Shown here piece by piece: positions 19,689-27,841 of a DNA stretch of 55,769 nucleotides (its first letter is position 1; every line of letters begins with the position of its first letter). The translations under genes were made by a program, and so were the position numbers. The notes beneath the pieces were generated by a model, which was not told where the DNA came from, made no database searches, and saw only the letters and a list, made by a program, of their open reading frames with translations. The DNA is from Candidatus Omnitrophota bacterium (GTDB lineage: Bacteria > Omnitrophota > Gorgyraeia > B26-G9): NCBI GenBank assembly GCA_022013205.1, contig JAKLQT010000198.1, positions 1 through 55,769 on the forward strand, written 5' to 3'.

Positions 19689-19832
19689 AAAAACTTACCT
19701 GTGTTTATTGAAAAAGTGGGGTTTTAGATGATTGGCTGCTTTTTTGTGCAAAAAGATAACCATGGAAAAATTACGTATGCTTTATTATGTAGGGTAACTA
19801 AAAAGAATTAAAGGGGGCAAGGAAAAACAAAA

Positions 19833-20876
19833 ATGAGAAACGGATTGCTTCTACATGTTCCTAAAAATCGTCATTATCTATATCCTTTTCGTACGGTAAG
19901 CTTTATCTCGTATATGCCTATAGGGCTGATATCAATAGCAGCATATGCGTCTGATAATGGATTTCCGACAAAGATTATTAATCTGGGACTAGAAAAAGTA
20001 CTTGATAAAAACTATGACATTGCAGATGATATTAAAAATGAGCATACTCGGATTATAGGGATTTCATTGCATTGGCATCATAGCGCGTATGATGTGATCG
20101 AAACCGCGAAATATATTAAAAGCAGGTTTAATGATGTGTTTATTGTCCTGGGAGGATACACGGCTTCTTTCTTCTGGCAGGAAATAATGGAAGAATATAA
20201 ATGTGTTGATGGTGTTATTAAAGGTGACGGTGAAGTGCCTTGGCTTGAACTGCTTCGTCAAGTCGAAAAAGATGGAGATTTAAGCGTAGTGCCTAATCTT
20301 GCCTGGCGCGGAAATGGTATGATAGGTTTAAACCAGTGTTCGTTTATTGTTAAGGAAAAATTTTTTAATTCGTGTGCGTATACCCGTTTTCATCTTGTTA
20401 AAAATTATCGCTATTTACCCGGAATTCTTTTTGTGTTTTTTGCCCAGAGGCAATCCTTAAACAAAATGATCCTGGAAAGAAGATTTAAAACACAATTTTT
20501 CCTGCCTGTTTCCAGGGGGTGTACATCAGATTGTGGTTTTTGCGGAGGTGCGTGTATTACGCAGAGAATGATTGCAAATCGAGACGGCTTTATTAAATTG
20601 TCTCCGCGAACCTTATTTTTGCATACTCAGAAAGCGGTGAGATTCGGGTATACGCATATCCATTTTTTGTTTTGTTCATATGTCAAAGAAGAATATATAT
20701 TGGAGATATTGAACGAATTTAAGAAAAATAAGTTTAAGCCAAAGATGATTTTTGAGTTTCTCAAAGCGTTGCCCCATGATCGTTTCCTTAGTGAATTTGT
20801 AAAGGTTTTTGACCCTGAATCTCGAATATTGCTAGCGGTCCATACCTTTGATAAAAAATACCGTAGAAAATATTGA
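19833..20876 (+). CDS. Class B radical SAM enzyme, N-terminal 347 codons, ended by an in-frame TGA (see next feature)
   Basis: B12-domain-like N-terminus (IIGISLHWHHS, IVLGGYTAS) and rSAM motif PVSRGCTSDCGFCGG. The ORF stops at TGA 20874-20876, where paralogues continue. Confidence 0.75.
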   Translation: MRNGLLLHVPKNRHYLYPFRTVSFISYMPIGLISIAAYASDNGFPTKIINLGLEKVLDKNYDIADDIKNEHTRIIGISLHWHHSAYDVIETAKYIKSRFNDVFIVLGGYTASFFWQEIMEEYKCVDGVIKGDGEVPWLELLRQVEKDGDLSVVPNLAWRGNGMIGLNQCSFIVKEKFFNSCAYTRFHLVKNYRYLPGILFVFFAQRQSLNKMILERRFKTQFFLPVSRGCTSDCGFCGGACITQRMIANRDGFIKLSPRTLFLHTQKAVRFGYTHIHFLFCSYVKEEYILEILNEFKKNKFKPKMIFEFLKALPHDRFLSEFVKVFDPESRILLAVHTFDKKYRRKY

Positions 20877-21416
20877 AAATCAGAGCTGAGTAATGAGAGG
20901 ATTAAGCAGTTCATTTGTTCAGCAAAGGCATGTGGAGTTAACGCGGCTTTGTTTATGAGTGATGCTCTTGTAAACACTACTAAAAAAGAAAGAAAGATAT
21001 CTTTGGCATTTGAAAGGCACTTAAAACGTTTCAATAAACGTATTAAATTTTTCAGGACAACACTCTTAAACGAAGTGGACCCGGGATCTCCTGTTTTTTT
21101 GAATCCTGAGCCGTATCGTGTCAGGTTATCGCGTAGACATTTTAAGGATTTTTACCTGGACCATAGCAGACAAAAATCAAGTTTTGGTTTTAAGAATAGT
21201 GAAAACACTGCTTCTTGTAAACAACAGATTTTTGTATATACAAGAGGGTTATATGCCTTGTTTTTTTATTGGTTAATTGTTTTTCCTTTTTTTGAACTTT
21301 TTCTTAAGTGTTACATATTAATTTGCAATAAAAGACATATCAAAAAAAACTATTTAGTGAAAAGGCGATCAGGCTCAAGGGGGATTAGCACCTATGAGTT
21401 CAAAAGGATAAACTGA
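20877..21416 (+). CDS. Continuation of the same reading frame: C-terminal part of the interrupted class B radical SAM gene (ORF track 20949..21416)
   Basis: Same frame as 19833..20876 (both starts are divisible by 3). Translation after the TGA reads KSELSNERIKQFICSAKACGVNAALFMSD...LLNEVDPGSPVFLNPEPYRV. This aligns with the ...KQIENAFYLTHKAGIQSIANCMFGLPGET...PRPGSEFYE region of 4383..5777. Its stop overlaps the next ATG (TGATG at 21414-21418). Confidence 0.6.
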   Translation, partial: KSELSNERIKQFICSAKACGVNAALFMSDALVNTTKKERKISLAFERHLKRFNKRIKFFRTTLLNEVDPGSPVFLNPEPYRVRLSRRHFKDFYLDHSRQKSSFGFKNSENTASCKQQIFVYTRGLYALFFYWLIVFPFFELFLKCYILICNKRHIKKNYLVKRRSGSRGISTYEFKRIN

Positions 21417-22474
21417 TGCGGGAAAGAATTGAAAATTCATCTTCTTTTATTGGAGTAAAAGAACGAAAAGCGCTAAATGCGGTTTTGAAGAGCAATTTTT
21501 TAGCTGAAGGGCCTCAAACGGAGAAGTTTGAGCGTGAATTTGCTGAGTATATCGGATGTCGTTTTGCGATCGCGGTAAGTTCAGGAACAACCGCTTTGCA
21601 TTGTGCGTTGATAGCCTTGGGTGTAGGCGTTGGTGATGAGGTGCTAGCGCCTAACTATACCTGTCGTTCTATTCTCAACGCGGTTCAATATGCTAATGCT
21701 AAGCCAGTTCTTTGCGACGTTGATAAGAGGACTTTTAATATTTTACCCCAGGAAGCTTGTAAAAAGAAAACCTCAAGGACTAAAGCGGTTATCATCGCTC
21801 ATATGTTTGGCTGTCCTGCTTCGGTTAAAGAATTTCGTAAAATTGGAGTTCCGATTATTGAAGATTGTGCTCAGAGCATAGGCGCTGAGTATAATGGAAA
21901 ACTGGCGGGCAGTTTTGCCGATATGGCAATATTCTCTTTTGAAGGGACAAAGACAATTACTACCGGAGAAGGGGGGATGGTTACCACGAATTCTGCCCGG
22001 TTAAAGAAGCGTTTTGATGCTATAAAGGAGCCTTACGGAAAAGATTTTATGCCTAAATATACCTATCGAATGAGTGATCTTCAGGCAGCGGTCGGCTGTG
22101 TCCAAATAAAAAGGCTGCCGGAATTTATCCGAAGAAGAGAACAAATCGCCAGGCAATATATGAATGCTTTTGGTAATGATGAAAGAGTTCAGCTTCCATT
22201 TATCCCAAAAGGCGCGCGGCATACTTTTCATCGTTTTATTCTTACTCTAAAGGAGCCAAACTTAGACCAGTGTCTTAGAAAATGCCAAAAAAAAGGAGTT
22301 ATGGTCAAAAGAGCGATTAAGCCGTATGTGCTTAATCAGTATCTGAATATTTCTGATAGAGCCTTCCCCAATACTCAATATATAATGAAGCATTGTGCTT
22401 CTGTACCGATTTATCCTGCGCTTAAAAACCAGGATGTTAAAAAGGTAATAGATGCCCTAAAGGGGGCATTATGA
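21416..22474 (+). CDS. DegT/DnrJ/EryC1/StrS-family PLP-dependent sugar aminotransferase/dehydratase
   Basis: FEREFAEYIG..FAIAVSSGTTALHCALIALGVGVGDEV..PNYTC...; active-site lysine context FSFEGTKTITTGEGGMVTT; MSDLQAAVG. Confidence 0.85.
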   Translation: MRERIENSSSFIGVKERKALNAVLKSNFLAEGPQTEKFEREFAEYIGCRFAIAVSSGTTALHCALIALGVGVGDEVLAPNYTCRSILNAVQYANAKPVLCDVDKRTFNILPQEACKKKTSRTKAVIIAHMFGCPASVKEFRKIGVPIIEDCAQSIGAEYNGKLAGSFADMAIFSFEGTKTITTGEGGMVTTNSARLKKRFDAIKEPYGKDFMPKYTYRMSDLQAAVGCVQIKRLPEFIRRREQIARQYMNAFGNDERVQLPFIPKGARHTFHRFILTLKEPNLDQCLRKCQKKGVMVKRAIKPYVLNQYLNISDRAFPNTQYIMKHCASVPIYPALKNQDVKKVIDALKGAL

Positions 22475-23433
22475 AAATGATTCAGGGTAAATACGGCTTT
22501 AGAGATCAGCGTGAACAGCAGTTTCCCCTGATGGTTTGCCTGGAAATAACAAATGTGTGCAATTTGCGCTGTATTCATTGTCCTTATTCAGAAATTTCAA
22601 AACGCGAGGGATATATCCCTGAATTTATGGAATGGCTTGAGGCGAAAAAGGTCATTGATGATATAGCTGTTTTCCCTGATACAATAGTGCGTTTTGTTTG
22701 TGACGGTGAGCCGATGATGCATCCTGATTTTATGCAAATTGCCGAATATGCTAAAAAAAGCGGGATTGAGTCAATAGGAGTTACAACAAACGGAATGTTC
22801 TTAAATGAGGATAAGGCAAAAAAACTAGTTAAATTAAACTGTGATATTATAGAGGTTAGTATCGATGCTCTTCATAAAAGTACTTATGAGAAGATCAGGC
22901 GAGGAGGCGATTTTGATCTGGTCATTAAAAACACATCAAAATTGATAGAACTGCGTGATATTTTGAATAAAAAGGTAAAAATCATAGTAAGCATCATCGA
23001 TCAGCCTGATGTCAGCCATGAAATAGAGGAGTTTAAAAAGTACTGGCAGGGCAAAGCGGATAAGGTGCTAATTAGAAAGCTGACAAGCATCGGCGGCCTG
23101 GTGGACAACATAAGCGGGGAAAATAAAAAGACAAGTGCTGTATCGAGATGGCCGTGCCCTTTATTATGGAGAAGAATGTTCATTAATGTCGGCGGGCTTG
23201 CTGAATTTTGTGTTGATGACTGGCTTGATGAATCGGTTGTCGGCGATGCGCGCAAAGAGAGCCTGAGGGAGATCTGGAACTGCCAGGCGTATCAGCAATT
23301 GCGGCATGCGCATTTAAAAAAGGAATTCAGCCTTAATAAAAAATGTGAATTTTGCGTTGACTGGCCGGCAAGGACATGGGAATGTGATTATTTAAGCGCT
23401 TTGGAATCTTTGGGGATTAAAAAGTATGAATGA
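22471..23433 (+). CDS. Radical SAM enzyme with SPASM/twitch-like C-terminal domain
   Basis: LEITNVCNLRCIHCPY; CDGEPMMHPD. C-terminal WPCPLLWRRMFINVGGLAEFCVDDW...KKCEFCVDW. The ATGA overlap with the upstream DegT gene suggests translational coupling. Confidence 0.85.
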   Translation: MKMIQGKYGFRDQREQQFPLMVCLEITNVCNLRCIHCPYSEISKREGYIPEFMEWLEAKKVIDDIAVFPDTIVRFVCDGEPMMHPDFMQIAEYAKKSGIESIGVTTNGMFLNEDKAKKLVKLNCDIIEVSIDALHKSTYEKIRRGGDFDLVIKNTSKLIELRDILNKKVKIIVSIIDQPDVSHEIEEFKKYWQGKADKVLIRKLTSIGGLVDNISGENKKTSAVSRWPCPLLWRRMFINVGGLAEFCVDDWLDESVVGDARKESLREIWNCQAYQQLRHAHLKKEFSLNKKCEFCVDWPARTWECDYLSALESLGIKKYE

Positions 23434-24793
23434 TTTTTCTGATTGCCGGATAATATATGAGACAAAGGGATTATGCCCGGTTTGCTGCCAGTGGGTTGAT
23501 GCTCAGGCAATTGAAAATTGCGGTAAGGTTTTTTTGCGGAAAACTTGCCCTGAACATGGCCAATCAGACCTGTTGATATGCGGCGATGCTTCATCTTTTC
23601 GGCAGTTAAGAGAGGCTTATCTTATAACCCATAATGAAATATTCCCCCAGTCACGTTATTTGCTGTATTTAACCCCTGTTTGTAATATGTCATGCCCGAT
23701 ATGTTTTTTGAGCCGGCAGAAAGATCAAAAGCAGGATATTACTCTTGAAGAGCTTAATAAAACTTTATCAACGCCAAAGAGGGAACTTATCCTGTTTGGG
23801 GCAGAACCTACCTGCCGTGAGGATCTGCCCCAAATAATTGAGTTTCTCAAAAGAAGACAATTTTCGGTTAGTTTATACACTAATGGGCTGAATTTGTCTG
23901 ATTTAGAATATGCCAAAGTAATCAAAGCGGCAAATGTGGATAAGATTTATTTTCAATTTGACAGTTTTAATGATGAAGTATATGAGAAGCTGCGGCAGAA
24001 AAAGTTATTGGATATAAAAAATAAAGCATTAAACAATCTGAAATTATTAGATATTCCGGTAGTTTTGGACATTACTGTAGTAAATGATTTGAACGATCAT
24101 GAAGTGGGCAAGATCTTTGATTTTGCCTGCAGGCAAAATCATATAAGCGCTCTGAATTTTATCGCTTATGTGCGCTCCGGAGGCGGTAGTGAGTTTCTAA
24201 ATGATAATGTGTTAATGCCGGATGATATCATCAAGCGCATAGGGGATTACACGCAGGGCAGGATAAATCGTGATAAAATCAAGGTATATCAAAAGCTCCT
24301 ATATATTTATATGTCGATATTAAAACGCCGTACGTGTTTTTATATCCAGTATTTCTGGGTGTATCGCAGGGATGAGGGCGAATATCTTACACTTGATGAG
24401 ATTATTGATTTTGGAAAACTTGATAATGTGCTGGACGGATATCTCAGGCTTGCCCCTAAAACAGGGAAGATGTTTGCGATCGCATACCTGGTTTTTAAAT
24501 CACCAGTCCTTTTATTTGCCCTTAAACAGAGACGGATATGTTTTGAAATGTTCAGGATGGCATTCGCGCACAGCTTTAATAAGGCAGAGTATGCGAAGAA
24601 AAGCAGTAAATTTCTGCAGCTTATTTTCACAACCGCATGCGATCCTTATAAGTCTGATATAAATATTGCTAAACGCTGCCATGTGGGAATGATCTACAAA
24701 AATGATCAGGGTGAGCTCAAAATAGATGATGAAAACGGGATGTACTTATTGCAAGAAGAGATAAACAGTAAAATAATGTCAGGTAAAATATAA
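23426..24793 (+). CDS. Tes/GDGT-MAS (MJ0619)-like radical SAM enzyme, paralogue 4
   Basis: CPVCCQ...CPEHGQ; LTPVCNMSCPICFL; LFGAEPTCREDL; TNGLNL; FQFDSFN; C-terminal ACDPYKSDINIAKRCH. Confidence 0.8.
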   Translation: MNDFSDCRIIYETKGLCPVCCQWVDAQAIENCGKVFLRKTCPEHGQSDLLICGDASSFRQLREAYLITHNEIFPQSRYLLYLTPVCNMSCPICFLSRQKDQKQDITLEELNKTLSTPKRELILFGAEPTCREDLPQIIEFLKRRQFSVSLYTNGLNLSDLEYAKVIKAANVDKIYFQFDSFNDEVYEKLRQKKLLDIKNKALNNLKLLDIPVVLDITVVNDLNDHEVGKIFDFACRQNHISALNFIAYVRSGGGSEFLNDNVLMPDDIIKRIGDYTQGRINRDKIKVYQKLLYIYMSILKRRTCFYIQYFWVYRRDEGEYLTLDEIIDFGKLDNVLDGYLRLAPKTGKMFAIAYLVFKSPVLLFALKQRRICFEMFRMAFAHSFNKAEYAKKSSKFLQLIFTTACDPYKSDINIAKRCHVGMIYKNDQGELKIDDENGMYLLQEEINSKIMSGKI

Positions 24794-24794
24794 T

Positions 24795-26396
24795 ATGCGT
24801 GTCGGATTTGTTTACTCAGAAATGGAAACCCTGGGCGTTGAACATCTCTCCAGCTATCTTAAAGAGCAGGGACATCAGACCACCTTATTCTTTGATCCTC
24901 AGTTATTTAATGATACGGTTTCCCGCAGTAATGCCTTTAGCCGGATATTTGGCTATCAGAAAAGGCTTATAAGGCAGATCATTGAATGGAAACCGGAGAT
25001 TCTGGCATTTTCGGTATTAAGCACGAATTATTTATGGGCGAAAAATTTGGCCCAACAGATAAAATGTGTAATGGATATCCCTATTGTTTGGGGAGGTATT
25101 CACCCTACATTGTCGCCGGAATCCGTCATCGAGCTTGATTTTGTTGACTTTGTCGTTGTGGGCGAGGGGGAACAGGTATTACTTGAGCTGGTAGAAAACC
25201 TCGGTAGTGAAAAACGGCTGCAAACCACAGCTAATCTATGGTCAAAAAAAGACGAAATTATATTCCGCAATGCCGTAAGGCCGCTTATTGACGATCTGGA
25301 TTCGCTGCCTTTTCCTGATAAAGGTATGTTTTACAGCACTATGCCTTATTTGAGCAGGCATTACACGATTGTAACAAGCCGCGGGTGCCCGCATATGTGT
25401 ACTTTTTGCTGTAATCACACATTAAGCAATCTAAGCGGGGGAAAAGAAAAGTTTTTACGGCGCAGATCCGCGGAAAATGTTATCGCCGAGCTTAAGCAGG
25501 CTCAGGAGCGTTATAAAATTGAAGATGTATTCTTTGATGATAGTACGTTTACTTATGATAAAAATTGGCTGAAATTATTTTCACAATTATATAAAAAACA
25601 TATTAATCTGCGCTGTTTTTGCTGGGTTTATCCCGCGGAGGTCGATGAAGAAACAGTGCGCTATTTAATTGATATGAATATCCAGGCAGTGGAAATGGGG
25701 GTAGAATCTTTAAACCCGCATGTTAGGAAAAAATGGCTGCGCAGGCCTCATTCTAATAAAAAGATCCAAAACGCGCTCGCTCTTTTTAAGAAAAACAGGA
25801 TATTTGTTACTGTAGATAATATCGTGGGATTACCGGAAGAGACAATAAACGACTTGGAGCATATGGCAGATTTCTATAACCGCACGCGCCCGGAAAAAAT
25901 CTACATTTTTGAATTAAGGCCTTTCCCTAATACAGATATGTTTACTTTATATTCTGAGTATAAGAAGAATTATAGCGCTGACAATAAGGAACTGCTGCCA
26001 TTTACTCTGTCTTCAACAAGCAATAAGGCCTATAAGCAGATAACCGCGCTTGTTTGCCTGATCCATCTTCTTCCTGTAAAGGCGGTTAAAATGCTGCTTG
26101 CTAAAAAATGGTACCGCAAATTACCGGCAATAGACATGTATAATCTTTTAGAAATAGTGCCTTTTTTTATTAATTTTTTAAAGCCGGCAAAACATAAGAG
26201 ATGGTTTCCTATAAGAGGTACGCGGCACAGATATTTCTTCTTCGGGAGTAAGATTGTCAGGGAGTTTCTTCTAAGTATTTCTTCAGATAAACTGTTAAAA
26301 AAAATAAGATCATTTTTTCTCTTGATTAAAGGCGAAAAAAAATATTCTGTTATCCAAAATAAACCATCAGGCAATGTCACGGGAGTTGATAAATGA
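24795..26396 (+). CDS. Class B (B12-binding-domain) radical SAM enzyme
   Basis: MRVGFVYSEMETLGVEHLSSYLKEQGH...; IVWGGIHPT; VVGEGE; rSAM motif VTSRGCPHMCTFCCN; MGVESL; GLPEET. Confidence 0.85.
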   Translation: MRVGFVYSEMETLGVEHLSSYLKEQGHQTTLFFDPQLFNDTVSRSNAFSRIFGYQKRLIRQIIEWKPEILAFSVLSTNYLWAKNLAQQIKCVMDIPIVWGGIHPTLSPESVIELDFVDFVVVGEGEQVLLELVENLGSEKRLQTTANLWSKKDEIIFRNAVRPLIDDLDSLPFPDKGMFYSTMPYLSRHYTIVTSRGCPHMCTFCCNHTLSNLSGGKEKFLRRRSAENVIAELKQAQERYKIEDVFFDDSTFTYDKNWLKLFSQLYKKHINLRCFCWVYPAEVDEETVRYLIDMNIQAVEMGVESLNPHVRKKWLRRPHSNKKIQNALALFKKNRIFVTVDNIVGLPEETINDLEHMADFYNRTRPEKIYIFELRPFPNTDMFTLYSEYKKNYSADNKELLPFTLSSTSNKAYKQITALVCLIHLLPVKAVKMLLAKKWYRKLPAIDMYNLLEIVPFFINFLKPAKHKRWFPIRGTRHRYFFFGSKIVREFLLSISSDKLLKKIRSFFLLIKGEKKYSVIQNKPSGNVTGVDK

Positions 26397-27841
26397 AAGT
26401 GGCTTTTGTTAATAATTCAAATGAGAGCCTAGGCGTGGAATATCTCTCGGCATATTTGAAGCAGCATGGGCATTGCGCGCAGGTGTTTGTCGATCCTCAA
26501 TTATTTAACGATGAAAATATTAGAGCTGAATTTTTGCATCGTTTTTTTGATTACAAAAAAAATCTTGCGCGGGATATTCTTGCATATTCCCCTGATATAA
26601 TCGGATTTTCCGTAGTAAGCGATTTCTATCCTTGGGCATGCCTTCTGGCCGAGGAGATCAAAAGAAATTGCAATATCCCGGTTATTTTCGGAGGCATTCA
26701 TCCGACCACAATGCCGCAGGAGGTTATTAATAACAGTTTCGTGGACATGATTTGTATAGGCGAAGGTGAACAGGCGCTTCTTGAGGTGGTTGAAAAATTA
26801 CAGGCAGGGGGGTGGCCGGATGAGGTAGCTAATATATGGGTAAAAAGCTCCGGAAAGATCAAAAGAAATGGCATAAGGCCGCTGATAAAGAATCTTGATT
26901 CATTGCCTTTTCCTGATAAGATATTATTCAGTGAAGCTGGCCCTCATTATGATATCGGCTATTTTACGATGGCCAGCCGGGGTTGTCTTTACCGATGTTC
27001 ATACTGTCATAATTCGTACCTGGGCAAGCTTTATAAAGAATATGATTACTATAGATACCGAAGCGTAGAAAACCTTATCAGTGAGCTGGAGGGCGGATTT
27101 TCGAAAAAAAAACACAGGATAATCCGGTTTTCTGACGATATATTTCCTTTTGAAAAACAATGGCTGAGTGAATTTTCTCTTAAATATCCTAAACGTATAG
27201 GAGCCCCGTTTATCTGCTATATACATCCTCAAACAACGGATGAAGAAACGATCAGTCTGCTTAAAAAAAGCGGCTGCTGCGAAGTTCAGATAGGAGTCCA
27301 GACCCTTTATGAACGAACTCAGAAAGCTGTTTTAAATCGCGATATAAAACAGGAAAGATGGGAGGATCTTATCAGCCAGATCAAAAAATGCGGCATGGCC
27401 ATTACCGCGGAGAATATAATCGGTATCCCCGGACAAAGTGAAAATGAAGTAAAGGATATGGTTAGATTCTATACGCGTAACCGTGTTAACCGGGTGCATA
27501 TATTCTGGCTGCGTTATTATCCTAAAACCGATATAAGTAATCGGTTTAAAGAGCATGATTCAGAGCATACGCAAAGGCCGTTTACAATGGGCGGAGATGT
27601 TTTTAAAAAGGAAATGGTAAAGTTAAGAATACTTTTTAGCCTGGCTCAACTTTTTCCAATGACTGTGATTGATTTTTTTCTCAAAAAAAGGGTTTATTAC
27701 TTTATGCCTGTTTGGCCGTTGTTCCTTATAAATATATTTTCCAATATCACAAGCGGCACATATTCAGATAAGATTACGCGCAGGAGAGAAAAAACAAAAT
27801 ATTTGTATTATATCAGGAAAAGATTATGGCAGAAAAACTGA
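26393..27841 (+). CDS. Class B (B12-binding-domain) radical SAM enzyme
   Basis: MKVAFVNNSNESLGVEYLSAYLKQHGH...; VIFGGIHPT; CIGEGE; rSAM motif MASRGCLYRCSYCHN; IGVQT; GIPGQS. Start overlaps the upstream stop (ATGA). Confidence 0.85.
   Translation: MKVAFVNNSNESLGVEYLSAYLKQHGHCAQVFVDPQLFNDENIRAEFLHRFFDYKKNLARDILAYSPDIIGFSVVSDFYPWACLLAEEIKRNCNIPVIFGGIHPTTMPQEVINNSFVDMICIGEGEQALLEVVEKLQAGGWPDEVANIWVKSSGKIKRNGIRPLIKNLDSLPFPDKILFSEAGPHYDIGYFTMASRGCLYRCSYCHNSYLGKLYKEYDYYRYRSVENLISELEGGFSKKKHRIIRFSDDIFPFEKQWLSEFSLKYPKRIGAPFICYIHPQTTDEETISLLKKSGCCEVQIGVQTLYERTQKAVLNRDIKQERWEDLISQIKKCGMAITAENIIGIPGQSENEVKDMVRFYTRNRVNRVHIFWLRYYPKTDISNRFKEHDSEHTQRPFTMGGDVFKKEMVKLRILFSLAQLFPMTVIDFFLKKRVYYFMPVWPLFLINIFSNITSGTYSDKITRRREKTKYLYYIRKRLWQKN

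Noticed and set aside
19728-19811. 27-codon ORF (MIGCFFVQKDNHGKITYALLCRVTKKN) and other tiny ORFs in spacers 4240-4376, 12003-12078 and 13826-13915, considered as RiPP precursor peptides for the rSAM enzymes
   Set aside because: There is no convincing RBS, no leader/core organisation, no repeated Cys/Ser/Thr-rich core, and no protease or exporter nearby. The island context is glycan/lipid rather than peptide.
20874-20876. Selenocysteine or genetic-code reassignment (UGA as Trp/Gly) as the explanation for the in-frame TGA
   Set aside because: TGA is the functional stop of several conserved genes here (mraZ, murF, murD, ftsW). I see no stable SECIS-like hairpin within about 40 nt downstream, and the aligned position in paralogues is not a Cys. 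This cannot be fully excluded without sel-gene and read data.
20627-21034. 135-aa minus-strand ORF spanning the in-frame TGA site
   Set aside because: The + strand frame on both sides aligns with class B rSAM paralogues. The antisense ORF has no recognisable features and is most likely a shadow ORF.
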